The notes under the pieces are model-generated. The model saw nothing but the letters and a program-made list of their open reading frames with translations, ran no database searches and was not told where the DNA came from. This document shows positions 31,444 through 42,836 of a stretch of 64,000 nucleotides of DNA, piece after piece. Numbering within the stretch: position 1 is the stretch's first letter; each line of letters opens with the position of its first letter. The translations under genes and the position numbers were made by a program. Source of the stretch: an uncultured Acidobacteriota bacterium (lineage in GTDB: Bacteria > Acidobacteriota > Thermoanaerobaculia > UBA5066); contig CAVZYA010000001.1 in assembly GCA_963779415.1 (NCBI GenBank), forward strand, positions 608,001-672,000, in the 5' to 3' direction.

Positions 31444-32884
31444 TCCCCGCGCCGATCATCGAGTACCAGGGCCAGGCGATCTCTCTCCCGAGCGCGAAGG
31501 GAACGTAGCCGCGCGCGCCGAGCCAGAGGACGAACATGAAGAAGGCCGAGACGCCGATGGCGACGAGCGCGTCCGCCTGGCGTGCCCGCCTCACGTAGAG
31601 CGCGAGAAGGAAAGCGCCGAGGAGGCCCCCGCCCGTGACGCTGGCAAGGGAGAGCGCCACCTGCACGGCGGGAAGCTCCTGTGGCATCAGGCTGAAGCCG
31701 ACGGCGAGCCCCGCGAGGACGATCGTCCAGAAGAGGGTCAGCACCTTTCCGAGGACGAGACCCCGCCTCCCCTCGACGGCGGCCTTGCCCAGGAGCGGCG
31801 AGACGAAATCGAGCGAGAGCGCCGAGGCGAGGGAGTTGAGGGCCGACGACTCCGAGCACATCGCCGCCGAGAAGATCCCGGCGACGAGATAGGCCGAGAG
31901 CCATCCCGGCAGCTCCTTCACGATGAAGGTCGGGAAAATCGCGTCGCTCGTCGAAAAAAGGCTTCCGGCGCCGACCGGTTGGCCGTAGAAGGCGAAGAGG
32001 CAGACGCCGAGCGCGAGAAATAGGGTGAACTGAAGGATGACGAGGACGCCGCTCCCGATCAGGGCCCGCTGCGCGTCCCGGAGTCCGCGGCAGGCGAGGA
32101 GGCGCTGAACGATGAGCTGATCGGCTCCGTGGCTCGCCATCGCGAGGAATCCGCCGCCGACGACCCCGGCCCAGAACGTATAGGGCTGGGACGGGTCGAA
32201 CGCGAAGTTGAAGAGATGGACCGGCTGCCCCTCCGCCGCGTTCCGGGCCCAAGCCCCGGCGAGCCCTCCCGGGATTCGCTCGAGGAGAATCGCAAAGGAC
32301 ATCACCGCGCCCGACAGGTAGACGACGACCTGGATCAGGTCGATCCAGACGACGGCCTTCAGCCCTCCCAGGTAGGTGTAGAGGGCGGTCGCCCCCGCGA
32401 GGGCGAGGATCGCGACCCAGACCGGGACTCCGGTCATCAGGGCGATCGGGATGGCCGGGACGGCGAGGCGGACGCTCGCCGCCATCACGCGCGTCACCAT
32501 GAAGATGAACGACGTGAAGCGCCGGGCGCCGACGCCGAATCGCCGCTCGAGGAGCGCGTACGCGGTCGGGATCTCGCCCCGGAAGTAGCTCGGGAGGAGA
32601 AGCGCAGCGACCGCGATCCGCCCGACGAGGTATCCGAACGTCAGCTGGAGGAAAGTGAAGCCGCTCCGGTAGGCGTCGCCGGGGACGGAGAGGAACGTCA
32701 GGGCCGACGTCTCGGTCGCGACGATCGACGCCATGACCGCGTACCACGGCAGCGCCCGGTTTCCGAGGAAGTAGTCCTTCGCGTCCTTCTGGCCCCGCCC
32801 GAGCCAGGCCCCGAGCAGGTTGATCCCGACGAGATAGACGACGATCGCGAGGAGCGTCGGGAGCCCGAGCCGGAGCGATTCCAT
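31322..32884 (-). CDS. Sodium:solute symporter (SSS) family
   Basis: DYFLGNRALPW, SIVATETSALTF, YTYLGGLKAVVWID, DQLIVQRLL, SAAM...SALNSLAS. The 3' end may be extended by an indel. Confidence 0.9.
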   Translation of the reverse strand: MESLRLGLPTLLAIVVYLVGINLLGAWLGRGQKDAKDYFLGNRALPWYAVMASIVATETSALTFLSVPGDAYRSGFTFLQLTFGYLVGRIAVAALLLPSYFRGEIPTAYALLERRFGVGARRFTSFIFMVTRVMAASVRLAVPAIPIALMTGVPVWVAILALAGATALYTYLGGLKAVVWIDLIQVVVYLSGAVMSFAILLERIPGGLAGAWARNAAEGQPVHLFNFAFDPSQPYTFWAGVVGGGFLAMASHGADQLIVQRLLACRGLRDAQRALIGSGVLVILQFTLFLALGVCLFAFYGQPVGAGSLFSTSDAIFPTFIVKELPGWLSAYLVAGIFSAAMCSESSALNSLASALSLDFVSPLLGKAAVEGRRGLVLGKVLTLFWTIVLAGLAVGFSLMPQELPAVQVALSLASVTGGGLLGAFLLALYVRRARQADALVAIGVSAFFMFVLWLGARGYVPFALGREIAWPWYSMIGAGITVAVGWLLSLRRGTPSGRATRRGPEGAGERSVPTGRSLR

Positions 32885-32943
32885 TCGCGCGGAATGATCA
32901 CACGGAAGCCATTTGTCCCCGGGGCGTCGCTACACTTCCATCC

Positions 32944-35900
32944 GTGCCCACGGCCCCTCCCCCGCACCGCCTCTTCGCCGGCCCGTTTCGGGCGCTCGAG
33001 CCGACCTTCCTCGCGGAGATTCGCTCTCTCAAGGGAGAAGACCCGCTCCGGCCGGTCGAGATCCTCGTCGGTTCGAACCTCCTCGCCGTCTACCTTCGCC
33101 GACGGGCGGCCGAGACGTTCGGCGCCGTGGCGAATCTCAGGTTCCTGACTTTTCTCGATCTGGCGAAGGAGCTCGTCCCGGAAGGCGACCCGCGACCGCC
33201 GCTGCCGGCGCTCGGCGAGAGGCTCCTCGCGCGCAAGGCGCTTCAGGCGACGAGAGAAGCGGCGGCGTTCGGAGCGATTCGAGACCGCCCTTCGCTCGCC
33301 GCGGCGATCGTCTCGACAGCGAACGACCTTCGCGAGGCGGGGATTGCTCGGGAAGAGATCCCGGGGCTCCTTGCAGGCGCGTCGGAGCTGGACGATCGCC
33401 GCAGGAATCTTCGCGCGCTGGCAGCCGTCGTCTCTTCATTCGAAGAATCCCGGCGCCGGTTCCACGATGCGACGGCTCTTCTCGAGCGTGCCGTCGATGC
33501 TCCGCTCTCCTCCTCGGACGAGCCGCTCCTCGTCTACGGCCTCTACGATCTCGGCGGCCTTCGCGAGCGGCTCCTCTCCGGCGTCGCCGCGGCCCGGCCG
33601 GTCATCGCCTTCGTTCCCGACGACGGCGGACCGGAGCCGGAAGAGTCTCCTCTCGTGAGGTGCCGCCTTTTCGAGAAGCTCCTCGGCGCTGCCGCAGAGC
33701 GGCTCCCGGCCGGGCCGGAAGTGACGCCACGCTTCGTCATCGCGCCGACGGACGGCGCGGAAGGACGCGAAACGATCCGCGAGATCCTCCGTGCCGTCGA
33801 CGAAGGGATCCCTCTCCACCGGATCGCCGTCCTCGTCCGGAATCCGGAACGCCAGGAAGCGCTCCTCGTGACCGAGCTCGGCCTTCGGAGGATCCCGTAC
33901 TTCCGTCCCGCCGGGCCCGGCTTCTCGCGCTCGCCTCTCGGCCGCGCCGCACGCGTTCTCGTCCGCCTCTCCGTCGAGGACCATCCGTGGAAAGCCGTCC
34001 GGGAGCTGCTCGACCTTCTGGAGAATCTCGGCCTCCTGCCAGTTCTGGGTCTTGCCGCTCTTTCTCCGGCGAGGGCCGGCGCTCTTCTCACCGAGATGGG
34101 CTTCTCGTCGGGGAAGGAGAGCCTCGTCGCCTGCCTCGCGTCGGCTCGCGAGCGGCTCAACCGCCCCTTCCACGCCGCGGACGATCCCGACGGCCGGTTT
34201 GCCACCCGCCGGGAACGAGAGCGAGCGGAGCTCGACCTTCTGGAGAAAGCCGTCGCGGTGCTCCTCGCGGCGACTCCCGTCGCGCAGCCGGCGGCATGGG
34301 CAGAATGGGCGGGGCGCCTTCGCCGGTCGTTCGACGCTCTCTTCGCGACCCTTCCGGATCGGGAAAGACTGGAGCGCGGCGTCGAGGCGATAGAGCAGCT
34401 CGAGAACGTCGAGCAGGGCGCCCTCCTCGAAGCCGCGGCTCTCGAGCCGATCCTCGCCGACGCGCTCGATCTCTCCCCGGAGATCCACGGACGGTTCGAG
34501 CGGAACGGGATCGCGCTCCTCTCCGCGGTCTCCGCACGCGGACTGCTCTTCGACGTCGTCCTCGTCCCGGGGCTCGTTGAACAGTCGTTCCCGCGCCCCG
34601 TCCGTCCCGACCCGCTTCTCTTCGACGCCGAGCGAAAGGCGATCTCCCGTTCTACCGGAAAGCCCCTTCCGACGTGGGCCGACGAACGACCTCTCCGCGA
34701 GGAACGCTTTCTCTTCTGGCTCGCGCGCTCCTCCGCGACGAAGCGTCTGGTCCTTCTCGCCGCGGCCCGGGACGTGGCGACCGATCGTCCCCGGCTCCTC
34801 TCGCCTTATCTCCTCGACCTGTGCGAGAAAAAGGACCGCGAGGCCCTTCGCCGGCGCGAGCTCGGACGTTTCGCTCCGCTTCCGGAGAGGATCTCGTGGC
34901 TTCCGGCATGGCGCGCGCCCCTCGAAGGACCTCCGGTCGACGCCGAGGAGGCGCTCCGGCGCACGCTCTTCCGTTCTCCCGGGCTCCGAAAGTCCCTTCC
35001 CAGATCCGCGACGCCGGCCGTCGACGCCCTGGCGCGCGCCGCTTCCCGCCGCGCGCCCTTCTTCACGGCGCACGAGGGAAAGACCGACCGGGCCGCCTCG
35101 GGGCTCCTCCTTCGTGGGCGAGTCGTCTCGGCCAGCCGCCTCGAACGGTTCGCCGGCTGCCCGTATCGCGCGTTCCTCGAGCGCGGGCTTCATCTCAAGG
35201 TACTTCCCGAGGTGGACGACGAATCGCCTTTCGGCCTCGACCCGCTGGCCCGAGGAAACGCCCTGCATGCGGCCGTCCGCGACCTGACCCGGTCGATCCT
35301 TAAGAGTGGCCGGACGTTCGCCGATCTCCGACTCGACGAGATTCCCGCCCTCGCGGCCTCCGCGGCCCGCCGTGCCGTCGAGGAGGTCGTGGCCACGTCC
35401 GGGCCTGCTCCTCCCCCGTTCTCGTCGAAATCGAGATCGACGCCCTCCGGGCTCTCCTCGAGGCGCTCTATGCCTGGCTGAGATCCACGACTCCGGATCT
35501 CCCTCCCGCGGGAGCGGAGGTCCGGTTCGGGCCCGCCACGGCGGACCCCGCGGACCGCGACGAAGACGCCGTACTTTCCACGAGCGATCCTGTTCCGGTT
35601 CCGGGCCTCCCGTTCGAGATCCGGCTCTCCGGCAGGATCGACCGGCTCGACCGTGACGGCGACCGGGCGTCCGTCGTCGACTACAAGACCGGAAAGCCCG
35701 AGCCGTACGGAGAAAGGAACGAGAACCGATACCGGGTCGCCGGCGGCGAGCGGCTCCAGCTCCCCGTTTATGCGCTCGCCGCGCGACATTTCGGAGCCTC
35801 GCGGGTCGCGTCGGCATATCTCTTCGTCCGCTTCTACAAGGGGAAGCCGAAGGTCACCGGGATCCGCTTCGGAGAAGACGAGACCGAAGAAGCGATCGCC

Positions 35901-36116
35901 GGCTTGAAAGACGCCCTCGTCCTGATGGACGAGGCCGTCCGGTCCGGCCTCTACCTCCCGAAGACGACCTCTCTCCGCTCCGCCTATCCATGCGACACCT
36001 GCGACTTCGCCGCCGTCTGCGGGCCGGGACACGACAGGGTCTACGGGAGGAAGTGGCAGGGAGAGGCCGAGCGCGGATCGGCGACCCCTCTCCGAAAGCT
36101 GGAGGAGATCCGGTGA
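32944..36116 (+). CDS. addB: AddB/RexB-like inactive helicase plus PD-(D/E)XK nuclease (frameshift near 35415)
   Basis: ARGLLFDVV, EERFLF, SASRLERFAGCPY, SGRIDRLD...VDYKTG, LQLPVYA, CDTCDFAAVC Fe-S staple. TACACT 7 nt before the GTG. Confidence 0.8.
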
Positions 36117-39100
36117 CGCTGCGCGATGCGGCGGCACGCACCCGGGCCGAAACCGAGGCGGGATCTTCCCTTCTCGTCGAGGCCTCCGCAGGCACCGGGA
36201 AGACGACGTCGCTGATCAACCGGATCGTCCACCTCGTCGTCAAGGGGGACGCCCCGCTTCGCGAGATCGCCGCGATGACCTTCACCGAGAAGGCGGCCGG
36301 CGAGATGAAGACGCGCCTCCGTCAGGCGCTCGACGACGCCCTCGCGACCGACCTGAGTGAGGACGAGAGAAAGCGCACCGAGCGGGCGACCTTCGACCTC
36401 GACGCCGCGGAGATCTCGACGATTCACTCCTTCTGCGCCCGTCTTCTACGCGAGAGGCCCGTCGAAGCCGGCGTCGATCCCGACTTCGTCGCCGGAGACG
36501 AGCTGCTCGCGGCGGACCTCGCCGACGAGGCGTGGCGAGACTGGTTCGACCGGGCCGCGCGCCGCGACCCCGGCCCCGTCGCGGACGTCCTTCGACTGGG
36601 CGTCTCCCCCGAAAGGCTCAAGGCCCTCGCACTCGACCTCTATGAGCAGCGCCTGCCGCTCGCCGATGCGATCCTCCCGGAAGATTCGCTCGAGGAGATC
36701 CGGGAAGAGATCCGGATTCTTCGAAAGGAATGGGAGGAGGTGCTCGGCCTCTTCCCTTCGAAGCTTCAATCCGACGCGAAGGCCGACCAGATTCGAAGCG
36801 CGCTGGAAGAGCTGGCCTCGTGGCAGTCGCCGGACCTCGAGGACTTCCGCGGTCTTCGCCTTCAGACGAAATTCAATCTCGGCTGTGGCAGCCGCTTCGC
36901 TCTCGAGGAAGACGGAAAGGAGCGCTTCAAGGCCGCTGCCGAGGCAACGAAGCTCCTCGCCGCCGGATTCGACGCTCTCCCCTTCGTCTCGAAGCTGACA
37001 TCCCTCGTTGCAGAGATCCGCTCCTCCTTCTTCTCGGAGATCGAAGCCGCCAAGCGGCGAGACGGGCTGCTCGACTTCGACGACCTCCTCCTCAAGGCCC
37101 GCGACCTGCTTCGAAACTCCCGAGCCGCGCGAGAGCATTTCCACGCGAAGTACCGGACGCTCGTCGTGGACGAGTTCCAGGACACGGACCCCGTCCAGGC
37201 GGAGATCGTGATGCGCCTCGCCGCGGCGCCGGAACGGAGCGGAAGGGCCTTGGAAGGAATTGACCCCCGAGCCGGGGCGCCTCTTCATCGTCGGCGATCC
37301 GAAGCAGTCGATCTACCGATTCCGGCGCGCCGACATCGAGACATACGCAGAAGCGCGGAAGCCGACTTCCCGGCAGCCGATCGGCTCCCCTTCTCGAGTA
37401 ACTTCCGGTCGACGAAGCCTCTCCTCGATTTCTTCAACGAGATCGGCCCCGTTCTCCTTCCGCCGCCGGAAGGGACGAGGGTACGCGGTCGGCTACGCTC
37501 CGCTCGACCCGACCCTGGAGACGAAGCCCGGCGACGGCCCGGCCGTCTTCTTCCTCTCGCCTCCCGCGCCGGTCTCGCCGCGCCGACTGCCCCGTGGACG
37601 ACGAGATCTCCCGGTCCGCCGGCAGGAGGCCCGCGCGGTCGCCAATCTCCTTCTCGACCGCTTCTCGAGGCGCGAGAAGTCCGTGGAGCCGGATCGCCGT
37701 CCTCGTCCCGCGAAACGACACCGTGCCGCTTCTCGAGGATGCCTTCCGCGACGCGGGGATTCCGTTCGTTCTCGAAGGGGGAAAGAGCTTCTACAGGCGC
37801 GAGGAAGTCGCGGCCGCCGTTCAGGCGCTCCGCGCCATCGACGATCCTTCCGACGGCATCGCCGTCGTCGCCGCCCTGAAGTCGGTTCTCTTCGGCGATC
37901 TCCGATCGTCTCCTTCTCGACGCGGCCGAGGCGGGAGTCCGGTTCGACGACCCGAAGAGCGTACGAGGAGATCGTCGCCGATCTCTCCGGCGATCCGATC
38001 TCCTCCTTCGTCTCCACCGGGACCGGCATCGCGCGCCCCTTTGCCACGACACTCGCGGACCTCCTCGCCTCCCGGCAGGCGCTCGCCGCCATCGAAAACG
38101 GCGCGGTCGTCCACCCCGTTCAGGGTCTTGCGAACCTCGAGAGGCTCCTTTCCTTCGCTCGGGACCTCGACCGCCAAGGCCTGACCTTCCGGGACTCGAT
38201 CGCCCGGATCGTCCGCCAGACGGAAGAGGACGCCGCCGAGCCGGCCGCCTTCACCGAGGAGAGAGACGCCGTCCGGCTGATGACCCTCCACAAGGCGAAA
38301 GGATTGGAATTCGACGTCGTCGTCCTCGCCGACTTCGGCCTCAAAGGGCTGAACGGCGGCGGAGAACCCCCGGCAGTCCTCTGCGAAAGGGCGGGGGGCC
38401 GTTTCGGCGTCCGCCTCGAGTTCGGAAGCCGCGTCGTCCGTTCGGCGCGTTTCGCCGAGGTCGAGGCCGCCGACTCGATCCGTCGCGAGGCGGAAACCCG
38501 GCGCCTTCTCTACGTCGGCTTCACGCGTGCGAGAGAGGCCCTCGTCCTCTCCTGGTTCCGGAGATGGCGCCGCAACAAGGAAGAGGGCCCGCAAGACCTC
38601 CTCCCGGAGAGCCTGCTCGGATCGATCGCGCACCTCGAGACACCGACGGGCCGCCTCGCGGAGCTGGTGCAGGTCATCCCTGCCGATCTCGACGCGCCCT
38701 CGACCCGTGCGTCGGCGACGGAACCTGCGGAGCCGGTCGACGTCGCCGCGGAGATGGCCGCCGCGGAGGTTCTTCTCGAGACGGCTCGAGACGAGGGCCT
38801 CCCGGGCTCTCCGCCGGGCCGGAGAAAAGGCACCCGCCCTCCCGTTCGTGCACGAGGACGCCGAGCCTTCCGACCGGGACGACGCCCCCGATCGCGCCCG
38901 GCGGATCGGCGTCGCCGTCCACGCGGTGATGGAGGCGCTCCTGAAGCGGACCGCGCCGCCCGGATGCCGCGGCGACGGCGCACGAGGTGAAAAGGGCCTG
39001 CGAGGGTCTCTTCGAGGACGAGCAGCGGGAGGCGTCGGCCCTCGTGAACAAGCTCCTGTCGACGCCGATCGTCGGCCGCGCCCGCGGCAGCGCGCGCCGG

Positions 39101-39385
39101 TTCGTCGAGCTGCCCCTCCTCTACGTCGACGACTCCCTGCCCGATCGTCCTCTCGTCGAAGGAAAGATCGACCTCCTCTTCGAGGAACCCGACGGCTGGC
39201 AGATCGTCGACTGGAAGACGGACCGGGTCGATTCCGCGGAGGATCGCCTCGCGCGCGAGGACCTCTATGCCCCGCAGCTCCGCGCGTACGAAGGGGGCCT
39301 CCGGAAGCTCCTCGGCCCGGGGGCCGCCGTGAAGAAGGGCGTTCTCGTCTTCGCCCGCGGGGCTCAAGGGGTGAAGAAGCGGTAG
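36113..39385 (+). CDS. addA: AddA-like UvrD helicase/nuclease, several frameshifts
   Basis: EASAGTGKT, TFTEKAAGEM, STIHSFC, VDEFQDT, VGDPKQSIYRFR, NFRS, MTLHKAKGLEF, YVGFTRA, GKIDLL...VDWKT. Confidence 0.85.
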
Positions 39386-41067
39386 TAGGCGGCCCCCGAG
39401 ACGACGGCTCGCTGGGCCCAGCCGTCCACGATCTCGCCGAACCTGATGGTTTCCGGCTCGACGCTCCTCGCCGATCCGGAAGCGCCCGCTCTCGAGCGGG
39501 ACCAGGAGCCACTCCTCGCCACCGGGCGTCTCCATCCAGAGCTTTCCCTTCCGGATGAAGACGCGGAAGTTGTTCGCCCAGGGCTTCGCGGCCTTGTAGT
39601 GCCCCCGGTAACCCGACCACTCTTTCGGCACGTCGAACGAGCGCGGACCATCGTACTTTTCCGACACGTACCACGAAGGGCCGCACTCCGCCTCCACCGC
39701 GCGCCCGTTCTGGCGTCTGAACCGGAGGAGGTAGAGGTCGAAGTCGGGTTGATCGACCCAGAACCGGTCTTCGCCTCGCGGCTCGAGGGGGTGCCGTTCT
39801 CCGCCCCGGACGAGGAAGAGCCTCTCCCCTTCCGCCTCGAGGACGATCCGGTCGCCGGAAGGGGCGACGAAGGTCCCTGCGAAATCGCTCGCGTCCGCCA
39901 CGCGCGTCCGATCCTCCCCGGGAACCTCCGGAAGAGGCTCGCCTGCCGCATCGGCCAGAAGGGTCCGGAGGACGAAGTCGGCGATCCCGGTCGGCCGCGC
40001 GTCGGCTCGCGCGCGACGTTCGTCAGGACCACGACGCCGACTCCGCCTCCGAGATCGGCCGCGAGGGCGGACGTGAAGCCGAGCATCCCGCCCGTGTGGC
40101 GCAGAAGGGTCCGCTTCTCGTCGCCGAGGACGAAGAAGCCGTATCCGTATGACCAGGGATCCAGCGGCGAAACGCGGACCCACGGCCGGACCATCCGGGC
40201 GAAGCTCTCCTCCGAAAGGATCCTCCCGGAAGGCGCCGCGCCCCGCGAAAGGATCATCCGAAGCCACCGCCCCATGTCGGCTGCCGTGGAGAGGATGCTC
40301 CCGTCGGCCGCGTCGTACTCGATCCACGGCGCCTCGACCAGCGGATACCGGGGGTGGGGCGGCCGGTCGTCCCAGAGCGGGACGTACCCCGTAGCCGACG
40401 AGGGACGGAGCGACGCGGTGATCCTTCCCGAGGTGGCGTTCATCCCGAGCGGCTGAAGGATCTCCGAACGGAGAAACGACTCGTACGCCCCGTGCGTCGC
40501 GGATTCGAGAGCGAGACCGAGAAGCTGATAGCCGATGTTCGAGTAGTGAAAGCCGGGACTCCCGCCCGGGACGGCCCGGCGCTCGCGGGTCGCGAGGGCC
40601 AGCGCCAGCGGCGACGGGATGTCGTCCCGGTCGCCCGGGAGGGCGCCGGTATGCGTCAGGAGCTGGTGGAACGTCGGAGGGCGGACTCCGGCCGGCGGCT
40701 GGAACCACCGGAGCACGCGCGTGACGGGCGAATCGAGGTCGATCCGGCCGGCTTCCGAAAGTCGAAGAACGAGCGCGGCCGTGAAGGCCTTCGAGAGCGA
40801 GCCGATCTGGAATCGTGTCTCCGGCCCGACGGCCTCTCCCGTCTTCAGGTCGGCGACTCCGAAACACCGCTCCCCGATCCGGCCCGTGGAATCGGCCACG
40901 GCGATCGCGACTCCCGGAATCCTCTCCGCGGCGAGCTTCGCCCGGACGAACGTCTCGATACGCTCCCATGCCGCGGGGCTCCCCGGAGCCTTCGGCGGCG
41001 GCTCTGCCGCCGACGCTCCCGTCGCCGCGAGAAACAGGGCCGCGAGGGCCCCCGATCGCCTCGTCAT
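39364..41067 (-). CDS. Serine hydrolase (class C beta-lactamase-like) with C-terminal extension, frameshifted
   Basis: Signal peptide, GSLSK (SxxK), LLTHT, YSNIGY, HTGG; C-part in another frame (ORF 38510..40969). Confidence 0.85.
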   Translation of the reverse strand: MTRRSGALAALFLAATGASAAEPPPKAPGSPAAWERIETFVRAKLAAERIPGVAIAVADSTGRIGERCFGVADLKTGEAVGPETRFQIGSLSKAFTAALVLRLSEAGRIDLDSPVTRVLRWFQPPAGVRPPTFHQLLTHTGALPGDRDDIPSPLALALATRERRAVPGGSPGFHYSNIGYQLLGLALESATHGAYESFLRSEILQPLGMNATSGRITASLRPSSATGYVPLWDDRPPHPRYPLVEAPWIEYDAADGSILSTAADMGRWLRMILSRGAAPSGRILSEESFARMVRPWVRVSPLDPWSYGYGFFVLGDEKRTLLRHTGGMLGFTSALAADLGGGVGVVVLTNVAREPTRGRPGSPTSSSGPFWPMRQASLFRRFPGRIGRAWRTRAISQGPSSPLPATGSSSRRKGRGSSSSGAENGTPSSREAKTGSGSINPTSTSTSSGSDARTGARWRRSAALRGTCRKSTMVRARSTCRKSGRVTGGTTRPRSPGRTTSASSSGRESSGWRRPVARSGSWSRSRAGASGSARSVEPETIRFGEIVDGWAQRAVVSGAAYYRFFTP

Positions 41068-41201
41068 CCCCCCAACCTCCGGACGATCATACGTTTCCGG
41101 GTCTCCCTGATGCATTTGGGTCATGATCCCGGGCGGATCGACCCCGCAAACTCGGAGGCCGGAGCCCGGCCGCCCGTCGGGGGCCGTTCTCTTCGAAGCG
41201 A

Positions 41202-42815
41202 ATGGAAACGTCCCGCATCCCCTGGTGGCGGCGCCTGAGCGTTGCGCTCGTCGCGACGGTGGCCGCCCTCACGCTGATTTCGATCAGCGTTTTCGCCGTC
41301 CTGACGATCGGGGCACAGCGATCGCAGATGATGGACGAGACCCAGCGAGGCGCCGCCCTCTTCTCCGACACCATCCGGACGAGCACGCACGACCAGATGC
41401 TCTCGGACCGGAAGGACGATGCCTACCGCGTCATGGAAGCGATCTCCCGGCGCGAAGGGGTCGAGAAGGTCCGGATCTTCAACAAGGAAGGGAGGATCAT
41501 GTTCTCGACGGCCCCGGGCGAGATCGGGACCTTCGTCGACAAGAAGGCCGAGTCGTGCTACGCGTGCCACGCGGCCGGGCAGCCGCTCGTCCGGCTGTCG
41601 GTCCCCTCGCGGGCCCGGGTGTTCCGCGCTCCGGATGGCCATCGGGTTCTCGGGATGGTGACGCCCATCTACAACGAGACCGCCTGCTCTTCCGCCGCCT
41701 GCCACGTCCATCCGGTGAGCCAGAGCGTTCTCGGCGTCGTCGACGTCTCCATCTCGCTCCAGGAGGTGGATGCCCGGGTGGCCGAACAAACCCAGAGAAC
41801 AATCTGGATCTCGGTCGTCTGCGTTCTCGCGATCGCCGCCACGCTCGGTGTCGCGATCAGCCACTTCGTCCTCCGGCCGGTCCGGGAGATGGTCACGGCC
41901 ACCGAGCGGATCGGGCGGGAGGACCTGCTCGTCACGGTCCCCGTTCACGAACGGAACGAGCTGGGAAGCCTCGCGACGTCGTTCAACGAAATGGCCGAGT
42001 CGCTCGCGAAGGCGCGCGCCGAGCGCCTCGAGCTCCTGAACAGCCTCGAGCATCAGGTGGAAGAGCGGACCGAGGCTTTGAGGGCGGCTCAGGCGCAGCT
42101 CCTCCAGACGGAAAAGCTCGCTTCGCTCGGGCAGCTCTCGGCCTCCATCGCGCACGAGATCAACAACCCGCTCGCGGGAATCCTCACCTTTTCCAAGCTG
42201 CTGATCCGGAACCTCGAGGAGGGAGCGGACCTTTCCGCTCTGAAGGGAAGCTTCCTCCGGAACCTCAAGCTGATCGAGCGCGAGACCGACCGCTGCCGGT
42301 CGATCGTCCGGAACCTCCTCGACTTCGCCCGCCAGCGGCCGCTCGTTCTCGCCGATGTCGACGTCTCCCAGCCTCTCGAGGAAGCGCTTTCGCTTCTGAA
42401 CCACAAGATCGAGCTGCAGGGAATCGCACTCGAGAAGCGGCTCGCCAGCCCGGCCTTCGTCCGCGCCGATTTCGGCCAGCTGCGGCAGGCCTTCGTGAAC
42501 GTCCTCCTCAACGCCTGCGACGCGATGCCGGGCGGCGGACGTCTGGCCGTCGCCGCCGACCTCTCCGCCGACGGAAAGTGGGTGGATGTCGCCTTTTCGG
42601 ACACCGGGCCGGGAATCTCTCCGGGAAACCTGACCCGGATCTTCGACCCTTTCTTCACGACGAAGGAGATGGGGACCGGTCTCGGGCTTTCGGTCGTCTA
42701 CGGCATCGTCCAGAAGCACGGCGGGGAGATGAGGGCCCAGAGCCGCCCCGGCGCGGGGACGACCATGATCATCCGTCTCCCCCTCGCCCCCTCCTCGCCC
42801 GAGGCGGCGGCGTGA
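41202..42815 (+). CDS. Sensor histidine kinase with periplasmic heme-c-type motifs, HAMP, HisKA, HATPase
   Basis: Two TMs flank CYACH and CSSAACH; AHEINNPL, NVLLNACDA, DTGPGI, FDPFFTTK, GTGLGL. Confidence 0.92.
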   Translation: METSRIPWWRRLSVALVATVAALTLISISVFAVLTIGAQRSQMMDETQRGAALFSDTIRTSTHDQMLSDRKDDAYRVMEAISRREGVEKVRIFNKEGRIMFSTAPGEIGTFVDKKAESCYACHAAGQPLVRLSVPSRARVFRAPDGHRVLGMVTPIYNETACSSAACHVHPVSQSVLGVVDVSISLQEVDARVAEQTQRTIWISVVCVLAIAATLGVAISHFVLRPVREMVTATERIGREDLLVTVPVHERNELGSLATSFNEMAESLAKARAERLELLNSLEHQVEERTEALRAAQAQLLQTEKLASLGQLSASIAHEINNPLAGILTFSKLLIRNLEEGADLSALKGSFLRNLKLIERETDRCRSIVRNLLDFARQRPLVLADVDVSQPLEEALSLLNHKIELQGIALEKRLASPAFVRADFGQLRQAFVNVLLNACDAMPGGGRLAVAADLSADGKWVDVAFSDTGPGISPGNLTRIFDPFFTTKEMGTGLGLSVVYGIVQKHGGEMRAQSRPGAGTTMIIRLPLAPSSPEAAA

Positions 42816-42836
42816 CGGAGAGAACCGGGGGGAGGA

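Noticed and set aside
32944-39385. Helicase-nuclease pair as an anti-phage or Cas4-like system
   Set aside because: Motif order and gene order fit the housekeeping AddAB recombination complex; no cas genes or array nearby.
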